A stretch of DNA of 64,000 nucleotides, from NCBI GenBank assembly GCA_947631595.1, contig CANRLZ010000004.1, positions 6,985-70,984 on the forward strand. The letters run 5' to 3'. The notes under the pieces were generated by a model. That model worked only from the letters and a program-made list of their open reading frames with translations. It was not told where the DNA came from and did no database searches. Shown here piece after piece: positions 8,876-17,516 of the stretch. The position numbers were made by a program, and so were the translations under genes. The stretch's first letter is position 1. Every line of letters starts with the position of its first letter. Source of the stretch: an uncultured Oscillospiraceae bacterium (lineage in GTDB: Bacteria > Bacillota > Clostridia > Oscillospirales > Oscillospiraceae).

Positions 8876-10255
8876 ATGGACACTGCGCAGGCACAGGCCC
8901 TTTTGGAGGCCCAGCAGGACTTTTTCGCCACCGGCGCGACCCTGCCGGTGGCGTACCGCAAGGCGGCCCTGGGCAAACTGAAAAAAGCCATCGACACCTT
9001 CGCCCCGGCGCTCTACGACGCGCTGAAGGAGGATCTGGGCAAAAGCCCCTCGGAGAGCTATATGTGCGAGCTGGGGCTGGTGAAGAGCGAGATCTCCTAC
9101 CTCCTCAAGCGGGTGGGCCGCTGGGCCAGGGAGAAGCGGGTGCGCACCCCCCTGACCAACTACGTGGCCCGGAGCTTTGTCAAGCCCACCCCCTACGGCT
9201 GCGTCCTCATTATGAGTCCGTGGAACTACCCGGTTCTCCTCACCCTGGACCCCCTGGCGGACGCCTTGGCGGCGGGCAACACCGCTATTCTCAAGCCCAG
9301 CGCCTACTCCCCCCACGTCTCCCAGGTGATGAAGGACTTGATCGAGAGCATCTTCCCCCCGGAGTATGTGGCGGTGGTCACCGGCGGGCGGGCGGAGAAC
9401 CAGTGCCTGCTGGAGCTGGACACCGACTACATCTTCTTCACCGGCTCCCCCGCCGTGGGCAAGACGGTCATGGCCCACGCCGCTCCCCACCTCACCCCCG
9501 TCACTCTGGAGCTGGGGGGCAAAAGCCCCTGCCTGGTGGACCGCTCGGCCAACATCCCCCTGGCCGCCCGGCGCATCGTCTTCGGCAAGTTCATCAACTG
9601 CGGCCAGACCTGCGTGGCGCCGGACTACATCTACTGCGACGCCGCCGTCCGGGACCGGCTGGTGGAGGCGCTGGCCAAGGAGATCGCCGCCCAGTACGGC
9701 GAGCGGCCCCTGGAGAATGAGAACTACGGCAAGATCGTCAACCAGAAGCACTTTGACCGGCTGATGGGCCTGCTGGATCAGAACAAAGTCGCCGTGGGCG
9801 GCCAGAGCGACCCCGCCGCCCTGCGCATCGCCCCCACGGTGATGACCGACGTGACCTGGGACGACCCGGTGATGGGCGAGGAGATCTTCGGCCCCATTTT
9901 GCCCATCCTCACCTTCACCTCCACCGACGAGGCCCTGGAAAAGCTCCAGGGGCTGCCCCACCCCCTGGCGTTCTACATCTTCTCCGCCCAGAAGGACGTC
10001 ATTGAGACGTTCAAGTCCCGGCTCAACTTCGGCGGCGGCTGCGTCAACGACACCCTCATCCACCTGGCCACCAGCGACATGGCCTTTGGCGGCGTGGGCC
10101 AGAGCGGCATGGGCGGCTACCACGGCAAAGACGGGTTCGACACCTTCTCCCACTACAAAAGCATGGTGGACAAAAAGACCTTCATCGACGTTCCCATGCG
10201 CTACGCGCCCTACTCCCCTGGCAAGGACAAGCTCATCAAGCTGTTTGTGAAATAG
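8876..10255 (+). CDS. Class-3-type NAD(P)+ aldehyde dehydrogenase (YwdH-like)
   Basis: Trimmed to the ATG at 8876, 1 nt after the adh stop. 459 aa with ELGGKSP and catalytic Cys context GQTCVAPDYI. The N-terminus QDFFATGATLPVAYRKAAL is typical of the ALDH3 family. Confidence 0.85.
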   Translation: MDTAQAQALLEAQQDFFATGATLPVAYRKAALGKLKKAIDTFAPALYDALKEDLGKSPSESYMCELGLVKSEISYLLKRVGRWAREKRVRTPLTNYVARSFVKPTPYGCVLIMSPWNYPVLLTLDPLADALAAGNTAILKPSAYSPHVSQVMKDLIESIFPPEYVAVVTGGRAENQCLLELDTDYIFFTGSPAVGKTVMAHAAPHLTPVTLELGGKSPCLVDRSANIPLAARRIVFGKFINCGQTCVAPDYIYCDAAVRDRLVEALAKEIAAQYGERPLENENYGKIVNQKHFDRLMGLLDQNKVAVGGQSDPAALRIAPTVMTDVTWDDPVMGEEIFGPILPILTFTSTDEALEKLQGLPHPLAFYIFSAQKDVIETFKSRLNFGGGCVNDTLIHLATSDMAFGGVGQSGMGGYHGKDGFDTFSHYKSMVDKKTFIDVPMRYAPYSPGKDKLIKLFVK

Positions 10256-10267
10256 GAAGGTGATTTT

Positions 10268-11134
10268 ATGTCCAGACCCATCGTCATCCTCACCGACTCC
10301 GGCTCTGACATCACCCCGGAGGAATTGCAGGCGCGCAACGTCAAGCTCATCCCCATGTCCCTGGCCTTCGAGGGCAAGGAGTCCTTCCTGGACGACCAGT
10401 CCATCCCCATGGCGGGGCTGTGGGCGCGGATGGAGGCCGGGGAGATCCTCCGCACCTCCCAGCCCTCCCTCCAGACCTTCCTGGATCTCTTTGAGGAGGC
10501 CAAGGCCAAGGCCGTCAGCGTGGTCTACATCTCCATCTCCTCCAACATCTCCGGCACCTACCAGACCGCCCGGGCGGCGGTGGGGATGGTGGGCTATGAC
10601 CACATCCACGTGGTAGATGGCCGTCAGGCCGCCGCCACCGCGGCCCAAAAGCTCCTGGTCTACCGGGCCTGCGCCCTCCGGGACGGGGGGAAGCTGTCCG
10701 CCGGGGAAATCGCCCAGGACCTGGAGCGCTTCCGCTTCCGCATCCGGCACTTCTCCTGTCTGGACACCCTGGAGTATCTGGTCCGGGGCGGGCGGCTGTC
10801 CAAGCTGGCGGGCAACATCGGCACCCTTTTGAACATCAAGCCCATCATCACCTTCTCCAAAGACGGCTTTGTCCAGGTGGTGAAGAAGGTTCCCGGCCTC
10901 AAGCGGGCCACCAGCGAGCTGTGCAACATCCTCCGGGAGTTTCCCGTGGACACCGCCTTCCCCCTCATCCCCATCTTCGCCAAGGACGACACCAACTGCA
11001 AAAACTTCCTGGCCCACCTGAAGGACGCCCTGGGCGTCACCACCGACGAACCCCCCATGGAGATCGGCGCCACCATCGGCTGCCACATCGGCCCCGGCGG
11101 TTTCGGCGCGTGCTACGTCCAGCAGGAGGTCTGA
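10268..11134 (+). CDS. DegV-family fatty-acid-binding protein (FakB-like)
   Basis: 288 aa with a DegV-like start (IVILTDSGSDITPEEL) and the SISSNISGTYQTA motif. Confidence 0.9.
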   Translation: MSRPIVILTDSGSDITPEELQARNVKLIPMSLAFEGKESFLDDQSIPMAGLWARMEAGEILRTSQPSLQTFLDLFEEAKAKAVSVVYISISSNISGTYQTARAAVGMVGYDHIHVVDGRQAAATAAQKLLVYRACALRDGGKLSAGEIAQDLERFRFRIRHFSCLDTLEYLVRGGRLSKLAGNIGTLLNIKPIITFSKDGFVQVVKKVPGLKRATSELCNILREFPVDTAFPLIPIFAKDDTNCKNFLAHLKDALGVTTDEPPMEIGATIGCHIGPGGFGACYVQQEV

Positions 11135-11199
11135 CCCCGGCGGGTCGGCCCCGGCATGACGGCCCACGGGGCCGCCGCCCCCTTCAATAGAAAACGCGA

Positions 11200-11236
11200 G
11201 CGCCCTCCCCGCCAGTGGGGAGGGCGCTTTCTTTCG
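11200..11236 (+). terminator. Rho-independent terminator after degV
   Basis: Stem gcgccctcccc/ggggagggcgc followed by tttctttcg. Confidence 0.7.
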
Positions 11237-11258
11237 TACAGCGCCGGGGGGATGCCAT

Positions 11259-11292
11259 AAAAAGGGGCGGGGCCTGTGGCCCCGCCCTTTTG
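11259..11292 (-). terminator. Rho-independent terminator after the SLH protein gene (A-run on the other side, possibly bidirectional)
   Basis: Stem ggggcggggcc/ggccccgccc with a 3-nt loop. A T-run follows on the minus strand. Confidence 0.7.
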
Positions 11293-11318
11293 TGTCGTTC
11301 GCGCTGTCCGGCTGGCGA

Positions 11319-14300
11319 TCAGGCTTTCACCAGCTCCACATACCGCTGGAGGATGGTGGCCACCTCGGCTCTCGTGGCGGTGCCCTGGGGATCCAGGCGG
11401 CCGCCGTCCTTGCCGGTGAGGATGCCCTTCTGGACGGCCCAGCGCATGGCGTCGGCGGCCCAATCGGAGACAGCGTTTGCGTCCACGAACTTCGCCATAT
11501 CGGCGGCGTCCACCTTGGGGGACTTGGCGTAGCGGTAGAGCATGGTGATCATCTGCTCCCGGGTGATGTTGGCCTCGGGGGCGGTGCCGTCGGAAATGCC
11601 CTGGGCCTTAGCCCAGTCCATCCCCTTGGAATACCAGGTGGCGCCGCCCTCGGTGGACTGATCGGCCAGGCGGGCCAGAACGGTCATCAGCATGGCACGG
11701 GTCATGTTCTGCTGAGGGGCGAACGCGCCGTTGCCCACGCCGTTGAACAGGCCCTTGCCCACCACGAAGGTCACACCGCTCTCATACCAACTGCCCTTGG
11801 CCACGTCGCCAAAGGTCTGAGAGGCGGGCTTTTCCGCGGCGGAGTCGTTGGAAGTGGTGGGAGACTTGCTGGGCGCGGCGGGCGTGCCACCGCTGGACCC
11901 ACCGGAACTGCCGCCGCTGGACCCACCGGAACTGCCGCCGCTGGACCCACCGGAGCTGCCGTGGCTGCCGCCAGAGCTGCCGGAGCTGCTGCTGGAGGAG
12001 CCGCCGGTGTTACCACCGGAAGTCGTGCCGCCGGGGGTCGGGGTCTCGCTGGGGGCAGGCGTCTCACTCTCGCTGGGCGCGGGGGTCTCGCTCTCGCTGG
12101 GAGCGGGGGTCTCGCTCTCGCTGGGCGCGGGGGTCTCGCTCTCGCCGGGCGCGGGGGTCTCGCTCTCGCTGGGCGCGGGGGTCTCCGGGGCCGCCTGGAT
12201 GGTGCAGATCACGGCGCTGCCGATCACGGCGGCGTAGTTGCCGCTGTCGGGGGTGAAGGTCCAGTTGTAGCCGGTGCCCTCGGTCACGGCGATCTCCCCG
12301 GCGCTGACGCCGCCCACGGGATCCCAGGTCAGCGTGCCGCTGACCGCCTCGCCGTCCACGCCGGTGGCGGTGTAGGTGGGCTTGACCTCGCCCAGGACGG
12401 TCCCCTGCTCCACCTCCAGGGCCTCCACCGTCACGGTGGGGGTGGCGGGGGTGATGACCAGCGTGGCGTCCATCTGGCTATTGGCGTATTCCGTGTCCGC
12501 CCCGGCCACGGCCCGGATGTTCACCGGGTAAGCGCCCACGTCGGCGGGAGCCTTATCCGCGCCGTTGTAGGAGACGGTGTAGGTCACGCCGGCGACGGGC
12601 ACGGGGGAGACGGGATGGGTCTTGCCGTCATAGACAAAGGCGGTCTGGCCGGCGATCTGGATGGGGGCGGGGGTGGCCGGGATGCTGCTCACCGTGACGG
12701 CGCCCACATACTGGGTGTGGTTGCGGGGGTCGGCGGGGGTGAAGACGTAGGTCAGCTCCGTCTCCGCGGCCAGCTTCTCCGCCCCCTGGCCGTCGGCCAG
12801 TTTCACCGTGCCGGGCACCGCCTCGCCGCTGTACGGGTTGACAAAGGCGCCCTGGAGGGAGGCTTCGATGGTGTCCGCGGTCTTGCCGATGGAACCCATG
12901 GCGGCGGAGACGGACACGGGGACGGGGACGGCCTTTTTCACCGCCATCTCCCCGGTCACGCCGGTGACGGTGTAGTTGACGCTGCCGCTGCTGGCGGTGA
13001 CGGCGTAGCTGTCCACGTCGGCGGTGGCCTTGGCCCCGTCGCTGTCCGCGCTGAGCTGGATGCTCTCCAGCACGTCGCCGTTATAGAACTGGCTGGAGGA
13101 AGTGAAGTCGGAGGCCACGAAGGTCATGGTCTGGCCGTAGAACTTGGCCACGCCGCTGTTCAGGGTCAGGGCCAGGGATCTGGCGGTGATGTCCCCGGTG
13201 GTGGTGATCGTCTCCGGGAGGTAGTAGTTCCCGGCGTTGTCCCCGGCGAGCTTGACGCGCTTGCCCTCCCGGAGGGTGACGGTGACCGGCTTGCCGCTGC
13301 CGGCGTTCACGTCGTCAAAGCAGGCCTTGAAGTAGTCGTTCACGTTCTGGCGGGTGATGGCCGCGCCGGTGTCGGCGTCCACCAGGGAGAGGTCTTTCTG
13401 CTCAAAGCCGAAGCTGTCGATCTGGACCTCCCCGGTGCCGTCAAAGGCGTGGGAGCAGACGCTGACCGACGGGGTGGCCGCCTTGGGGGTGATGGTCAGC
13501 GTGGTCTTGACGGTGACGCCGGCGTAGTTGGAGCGGGTGGCGGAGTCATAGCCGCCGGGGAAGCGGATCATCACGTCGTAGTCGCCCGCGTTGTACGGCG
13601 CGCTCTGCTCCCAGCCCTGGCCGGCGTTGTACCAGACGGAAACACTCTGGGCCATGCTCTCAGGGATGTCGATGGTGTAGCGGATCCTGCGGCCCACGCC
13701 CTGGCCCACGTAGGTCTGGACGCGGCTGTCCTCGTCCACCGTGACGGTGACAGGCACATAGGAGGGGGAGGAGCCGGCCGAGGTGGAGGCGCCCTTCCGC
13801 ACCTGCACCATGCCCTCCACCTGCTCATGGTTATCGTCGCTGGGGTTGAAGATGTAGGGGTAGGAGTAGGCCGTGTCCTTCTCCACCGCCGTGGTCGGGT
13901 CCTTCCAGGCAAAGGTGCCCTTCACCTCCTGGCGGGTGTAGGGGTTCACGTACTTCCCGCCGATGCCGTACCCGGCCAGGGTGGTATCGTCGCCGATCTG
14001 GTAGACGCTGACGCTGGAGCGCTCGGGAGTCGCCTGCTCCACCGTCAATTCGGTGGTTCCCACGATGGTGATCTCCCGGTCCGGGGTCTCCACCTTCCCG
14101 GGGTAGTTGAGGGTGTAGGTTCCCGCGGGGGCGTCAAACGCCACGCCGTCCAGGCCGGAGAGGGTAACGCCCAGCTGGGACAGGTTGCCCGTCTCCTCCG
14201 TCCCCTCCACCGTATAGCCGATGTCGGAGGGCTGGAGGCGCTTGCCGTAGGGCTTGCTCACCTGGGCGGCGGGGCGGACGGTCTTCTGCTCCCGTTCCAC

Positions 14301-14888
14301 CGTGACGGTGACCTGGACGGCCCAACCCACGCGGCTGTTCTGCTCCATGAACAGGATCCAGTCGGTGTAGGTGCCGCCGGGGAGGCCCGCCTTGGGGGCG
14401 ATGACGGCGGTGCAGGTATCGCCCACGTTGGGCAGCGCGCCGTAGTCGCCGTGAGTGTTGTGCCAGGTCACGGTGAAGTGGGCGGTCTCCCGGCTGGAGG
14501 TCACGTTGACCTCCCCCCAGGACTGCTCGTACTTCTGCTGGTCAGGCCGGTCGGAGGTCGCCTCCGCCGCGTTCCGGAAGGTGAGGGTGAGGGGGTCGGC
14601 CCCGGTCCCGTCCGGGGTGACGGCGCCCAGGTCATAGACCAGGGTGCCGGGGATCTCCCGGATGTTCTGTCCGGCCTGGGAATTCGCCGGGGCAGGTTTC
14701 GCCGCGCTGTCCGAGGTGGAGGTAACCACCCCGTCGGCGTCCTGGTCGGCCCGGCATTCGTACAGCCAGACCTTGCGCCAGTCATAGAAGGTGAGCGGGT
14801 CTCCCCCGGAGGCGGCCAGCGCCGCCGCGGGCAGGAAGGTCAAGACCATGGAGAGGGTCAGGAGCACGGACAAAATACGTCGTTTCAT
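11319..14888 (-). CDS. Large secreted surface protein: signal peptide, repeated beta-rich (MBG/Ig-like) modules, low-complexity linker, three C-terminal SLH domains
   Basis: Trimmed to the ATG at 14888 (MKRRILSVLLTLSMVLTFLPAAALAASG), which has an AAGGAGG RBS. The C-terminal ~180 aa show SLH-like repeats (FGDVAKGSWYESGVTFV..., MTRAMLMTVLARL, ITREQMITMLYRY, ATRAEVATILQRY). The linker is (SESETPAP)n followed by (GGS)n. Confidence 0.85.
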   Translation of the reverse strand: MKRRILSVLLTLSMVLTFLPAAALAASGGDPLTFYDWRKVWLYECRADQDADGVVTSTSDSAAKPAPANSQAGQNIREIPGTLVYDLGAVTPDGTGADPLTLTFRNAAEATSDRPDQQKYEQSWGEVNVTSSRETAHFTVTWHNTHGDYGALPNVGDTCTAVIAPKAGLPGGTYTDWILFMEQNSRVGWAVQVTVTVEREQKTVRPAAQVSKPYGKRLQPSDIGYTVEGTEETGNLSQLGVTLSGLDGVAFDAPAGTYTLNYPGKVETPDREITIVGTTELTVEQATPERSSVSVYQIGDDTTLAGYGIGGKYVNPYTRQEVKGTFAWKDPTTAVEKDTAYSYPYIFNPSDDNHEQVEGMVQVRKGASTSAGSSPSYVPVTVTVDEDSRVQTYVGQGVGRRIRYTIDIPESMAQSVSVWYNAGQGWEQSAPYNAGDYDVMIRFPGGYDSATRSNYAGVTVKTTLTITPKAATPSVSVCSHAFDGTGEVQIDSFGFEQKDLSLVDADTGAAITRQNVNDYFKACFDDVNAGSGKPVTVTLREGKRVKLAGDNAGNYYLPETITTTGDITARSLALTLNSGVAKFYGQTMTFVASDFTSSSQFYNGDVLESIQLSADSDGAKATADVDSYAVTASSGSVNYTVTGVTGEMAVKKAVPVPVSVSAAMGSIGKTADTIEASLQGAFVNPYSGEAVPGTVKLADGQGAEKLAAETELTYVFTPADPRNHTQYVGAVTVSSIPATPAPIQIAGQTAFVYDGKTHPVSPVPVAGVTYTVSYNGADKAPADVGAYPVNIRAVAGADTEYANSQMDATLVITPATPTVTVEALEVEQGTVLGEVKPTYTATGVDGEAVSGTLTWDPVGGVSAGEIAVTEGTGYNWTFTPDSGNYAAVIGSAVICTIQAAPETPAPSESETPAPGESETPAPSESETPAPSESETPAPSESETPAPSETPTPGGTTSGGNTGGSSSSSSGSSGGSHGSSGGSSGGSSGGSSGGSSGGSSGGTPAAPSKSPTTSNDSAAEKPASQTFGDVAKGSWYESGVTFVVGKGLFNGVGNGAFAPQQNMTRAMLMTVLARLADQSTEGGATWYSKGMDWAKAQGISDGTAPEANITREQMITMLYRYAKSPKVDAADMAKFVDANAVSDWAADAMRWAVQKGILTGKDGGRLDPQGTATRAEVATILQRYVELVKA
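11887..12000. repeat. Gly/Ser-linker coding tandem repeats (24-bp unit ccgctggacccaccggaactgccg, about 3 copies plus degenerate copies)
   Basis: Direct reading of 11890-11961. Encodes GGSSGGSS... within the SLH protein. Confidence 0.8.
12040..12190. repeat. Five near-perfect 24-bp tandem repeats (gtctcgctctcgctgggcgcgggg) encoding SESETPAP
   Basis: Copies at 12061-12084, 12085-12108, 12109-12132, 12133-12156 and 12157-12180, with 1-2 substitutions each and degenerate flanking copies. Confidence 0.9.
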
Positions 14889-14956
14889 AGGAATTCCTCC
14901 TTTTCCGCCGGGGCCCTCCCCCGGCCTTGGCACAGCCACCACTTCTTTCACGCCTA

Positions 14957-14985
14957 CTATATAATGTGGCCAGCCCCTTTGTCAA
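14957..14985 (-). promoter_or_regulatory. Putative promoter of the SLH protein gene
   Basis: On the minus strand, TTGACA (14980-14985) followed 16-18 nt later by TATATAGT. The -35 overlaps the stop codon of the upstream FAD/Rieske gene. Confidence 0.4.
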
Positions 14986-16325
14986 GACATATTTCCCCCT
15001 TCCCCGCCCTCTTCATCGCGCCGGGGCGGGTTTTGCAGATCGTCGGTGGCGGGGCCGTCCAGAAGGGCGCCGTCCCGGCCGAAGCGGGAGCCGTGGCAGG
15101 GGCAGTCCCAGGTGTCCTCCTGGGGGTTATACCGCAGGGCGCAGCCCAGGTGGGGGCACCGGGGGGCGGTCAAGGGCAAAAGGTCCGCCGCGGCGGAGGC
15201 GGCGTTGCCCGCGGCGGCACGGGCGGGCATGGGCCGGGCGGGGTCGAAGGCGGCGGCGTAGGGGTTGGGCCTGCCCGCCGTCAGGTCCCGGAGAATGTGG
15301 GCGCCCGCCAGGGCGGTGGTCATGCCCCACTTGTTGAAGCCGGTGGTCACAAAGAGGTCGGGCGTCCGGGGGGAGTACTGCCCCACGTAGGCGCCGCCGT
15401 CCAGGGTCATGCAGTCCTGGGCCGCCCAATGGGCCACCTCTTCCGCCTCCGGGTACCACCGCCTGGCCAGCGCCCGCAGCTCCTCCCAGCCGCCGCCGGG
15501 CTTGCCCGTCCGGTGCCCGCCGCCGCCCAGGAGGAGCAGGTCCTGATAGGTGCGGAAAGAGAGGCCGGCGTCATCCTGGCTGACGTACATCCCGGAAAAC
15601 CGCTTCGCCCCCCGGAGGGCCAGGACGTAGGAGCGGTGTTGGTACATCTTCAAAGCGTACATCCCGTGCTTGTTGAGGATGGGAAAGTGGGTGGCCAGGA
15701 TGATCTTGTTGGCCGTGACCGTCCCGCGGTCGGTGACCACCCCGCCGGGGACAAAGGCCCGGACTTTGGTGTGGCAGCGCGCGTTCAGCCCCTGGGCGGC
15801 CCAGGCCAGGAAGCGCAGGGGGTGAAACTGCCCCTGCCGCTCCAGGGACAGGCTGCCCGCCACCGGGAACGGAAGCGGGCTGCTGCTCTGCAAGAACGTC
15901 CCCACCCGGATGGCCCGGTAGGCCGCCTGCTCCCGCTCCAGCTTCTCCCGGTGATCCTGGGCATAGACGTAGGCGGTCTGATCCTCAAACTCACACCCCG
16001 CCTCCCGGCACAGAGAGCGGTATTCCTCCACCGCCTTCTGGTTGGCGTCAAAGTACAGCCGGGTCTTCCCCGCCCCCAGGCTGGAGAGCAGCTTTTGATA
16101 CAAAACGCCGTGCTGGGCGGTGACCTTGGCGGTGGTGTTGGCCGTCACTCCCGCGCACAGTTCACGGGCCTCCACCAGCAGATAGTCCGCCCCCGCCCGC
16201 TCCAGCAAAAAGGCGCACAGCACCCCGGCGATGCCGCCGCCGATGATGAGAATATCCGTCCGCGCGTCCCCCTCCAGGCTGGGAAATTCCGGCATGGACG
16301 CGCTCTTGCTCCAAATAGACTCCAT
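14982..16325 (-). CDS. FAD-dependent oxidoreductase with C-terminal Rieske [2Fe-2S] domain (YhfW-like)
   Basis: Track ORF 14982..16604 trimmed to the ATG at 16325 (GGAGAGG RBS), because the upstream part overlaps the tRNA gene. Dinucleotide fold DILIIGGGIAGV. Rieske motifs CPHLGC...CPCHGS. Confidence 0.85.
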   Translation of the reverse strand: MESIWSKSASMPEFPSLEGDARTDILIIGGGIAGVLCAFLLERAGADYLLVEARELCAGVTANTTAKVTAQHGVLYQKLLSSLGAGKTRLYFDANQKAVEEYRSLCREAGCEFEDQTAYVYAQDHREKLEREQAAYRAIRVGTFLQSSSPLPFPVAGSLSLERQGQFHPLRFLAWAAQGLNARCHTKVRAFVPGGVVTDRGTVTANKIILATHFPILNKHGMYALKMYQHRSYVLALRGAKRFSGMYVSQDDAGLSFRTYQDLLLLGGGGHRTGKPGGGWEELRALARRWYPEAEEVAHWAAQDCMTLDGGAYVGQYSPRTPDLFVTTGFNKWGMTTALAGAHILRDLTAGRPNPYAAAFDPARPMPARAAAGNAASAAADLLPLTAPRCPHLGCALRYNPQEDTWDCPCHGSRFGRDGALLDGPATDDLQNPPRRDEEGGEGGNMS

Positions 16326-16377
16326 CCGCCTCACCTCTCCCCTCAGTATGCGCCGGTCGGGGGAAAAACTTGCGCGG

Positions 16378-16412
16378 ACAAAAAACGCCCCGCGGCCACA
16401 AGGGCCGCGGGG
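16378..16412 (-). terminator. Terminator downstream of tRNA-Ser
   Basis: 10-bp GC stem ccccgcggcc/ggccgcgggg with a 5-nt loop. TTTTTTG follows on the minus strand. Confidence 0.7.
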
Positions 16413-16417
16413 GTTTC

Positions 16418-16509
16418 TGGCGCAGTGGGAGGGATTCGAACCCTCGGGCGGCTTTTGACCGCCACACGATTTCCAGTCGTGCTCGTTATGACCTCTTCGA
16501 TACCACTGC
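16418..16509 (-). tRNA. tRNA-Ser (anticodon GGA), 92 nt with encoded CCA
   Basis: Folded by hand. Acceptor GCAGTGG/CCACTGC. Anticodon stem CACGA/TCGTG with loop CTGGAAA. Long variable arm GGCGG-TCAAAAG-CCGCC. T arm GAGGG-TTCGAAT-CCCTC. Discriminator G followed by CCA. Confidence 0.9.
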
Positions 16510-16551
16510 AAGGTCACACGTTTTTCCTGTCCGCTTCGGACAGCGAAGGTT

Positions 16552-16580
16552 ATTATACCCTGCTTTTTCGCCCGCGTCAA
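16552..16580 (-). promoter_or_regulatory. Promoter of tRNA-Ser
   Basis: On the minus strand, TTGACG (16575-16580), 17-nt spacer, TATAAT (16552-16557). Confidence 0.6.
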
Positions 16581-16618
16581 GGGCTTTTTCAAATTTTTCC
16601 CCAAAGGCCCCGTCTCTC

Positions 16619-16647
16619 TTGCCTTTCCGCGCTCGCCGGGGTATAAT
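16619..16647 (+). promoter_or_regulatory. Promoter of punA-mtaD
   Basis: TTGCCT (16619-16624), 17-nt spacer, TATAAT (16642-16647). Confidence 0.5.
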
Positions 16648-16688
16648 GTCTGTGATTAGGCAAAATTCGCCGACAAGGGGGCTTTTGT

Positions 16689-17513
16689 ATGGACTACACC
16701 TTCGCCCACTACCAGGAGAGCGCGGCGTATCTGCGCGCCCGGCTGGGGGAGTTTGTCCCCAAGACGTTGATGATCCTGGGTTCCGGCCTGGGGTATCTGG
16801 GGGACGTGGTGGAAAGCCCCATCGCCGTGCCCTATGAGGACATCCCCCACTTCCGGCCCTCCACCGCGCCGGGGCACAGGGGGCGGCTGGTGTTTGGCGC
16901 CCTGCGGGGCAAGCCCGTGGCGGTGATGCAGGGGCGGATGCACCACTACGAGGGCTACTCCTTTGAGGAGACCGCTTACGCCGTGCGGGTGGCCAGGCTG
17001 CTGGGGGCGGAAAACCTGGTGGTCACCAACGCCGCCGGGAGCGTCAACACCGCCTGGCAGGCGGGCGATCTGATGCTCATCACCGACCAGATCAAGATCT
17101 TCATGGACTCCCCCCTCCGCGGCCCCAACCTGGAGCAGTTCGGGCCGCGCTTCCCGGACTCCTCCCACCTCTACACCCCCCGGCTCCAGGCCCTCGCCCG
17201 GCGGAAGGCAAAGGAGCTGGGCGTCTCCCTGCGGGAGGGCGTCTATATGTACTTTCCCGGGCCACAGTACGAGACGCCGGCGGAGGTGCGCCTGGCCCGG
17301 ACCCTGGGGGCGGACGCGGTGGGGATGTCCACCGCCCCGGAGGTCACCGTGGCCGGTCACGCCGGGATGAACGTGCTGGGCCTCACCCTGCTGAGCAACA
17401 TGGCCGCCGGGATCTTGGATCAGCCCTTGTCGGAGGCGGAGGTGCTGGAGGCCGCCCAGCGGGCAAAGGGGCCGTTCTCCGAACTGGTATTGGCCTGTCT
17501 GGAAGAAATGTGA
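16689..17513 (+). CDS. punA: Purine nucleoside phosphorylase (PNP-I / PunA type)
   Basis: 274 aa with trimeric-PNP-type motifs: LGSGLG, PHFRPSTAPGHRGRLVFG, GMSTAPEV. Confidence 0.9.
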   Translation: MDYTFAHYQESAAYLRARLGEFVPKTLMILGSGLGYLGDVVESPIAVPYEDIPHFRPSTAPGHRGRLVFGALRGKPVAVMQGRMHHYEGYSFEETAYAVRVARLLGAENLVVTNAAGSVNTAWQAGDLMLITDQIKIFMDSPLRGPNLEQFGPRFPDSSHLYTPRLQALARRKAKELGVSLREGVYMYFPGPQYETPAEVRLARTLGADAVGMSTAPEVTVAGHAGMNVLGLTLLSNMAAGILDQPLSEAEVLEAAQRAKGPFSELVLACLEEM

Positions 17514-17516
17514 GGG

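Noticed and set aside
12040-12190. Regular 24-bp repeats considered as a possible CRISPR array
   Set aside because: The repeats are contiguous with no spacers and lie in frame inside a CDS, where they encode SESETPAP. No cas genes are present in the window.
16378-16580. tRNA-Ser considered as an integration hotspot marking a genomic island
   Set aside because: There is no integrase, recombinase, phage or plasmid gene on either side. I could find no duplicated tRNA 3' end (att-like direct repeat). The flanking genes are ordinary metabolic and surface-protein genes with the same GC character.
11292-16646. 1784-aa ORF on the plus strand. Similar giants: 52904..58324 (1806 aa), 22188..26144 (1318 aa), 4812..7511 (899 aa), 26732..29590 (952 aa), 42114..44663 (849 aa), 8690..11167 (825 aa), 18800..20590 (596 aa), 58303..60114 (603 aa).
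   Set aside because: All lie antisense to genes with clear family signatures. Their products are monotonous G/A/R/P/H/V-rich strings with no recognisable motifs, and they cross several real gene boundaries and even the tRNA. Long stop-free antisense frames are expected at this GC content.
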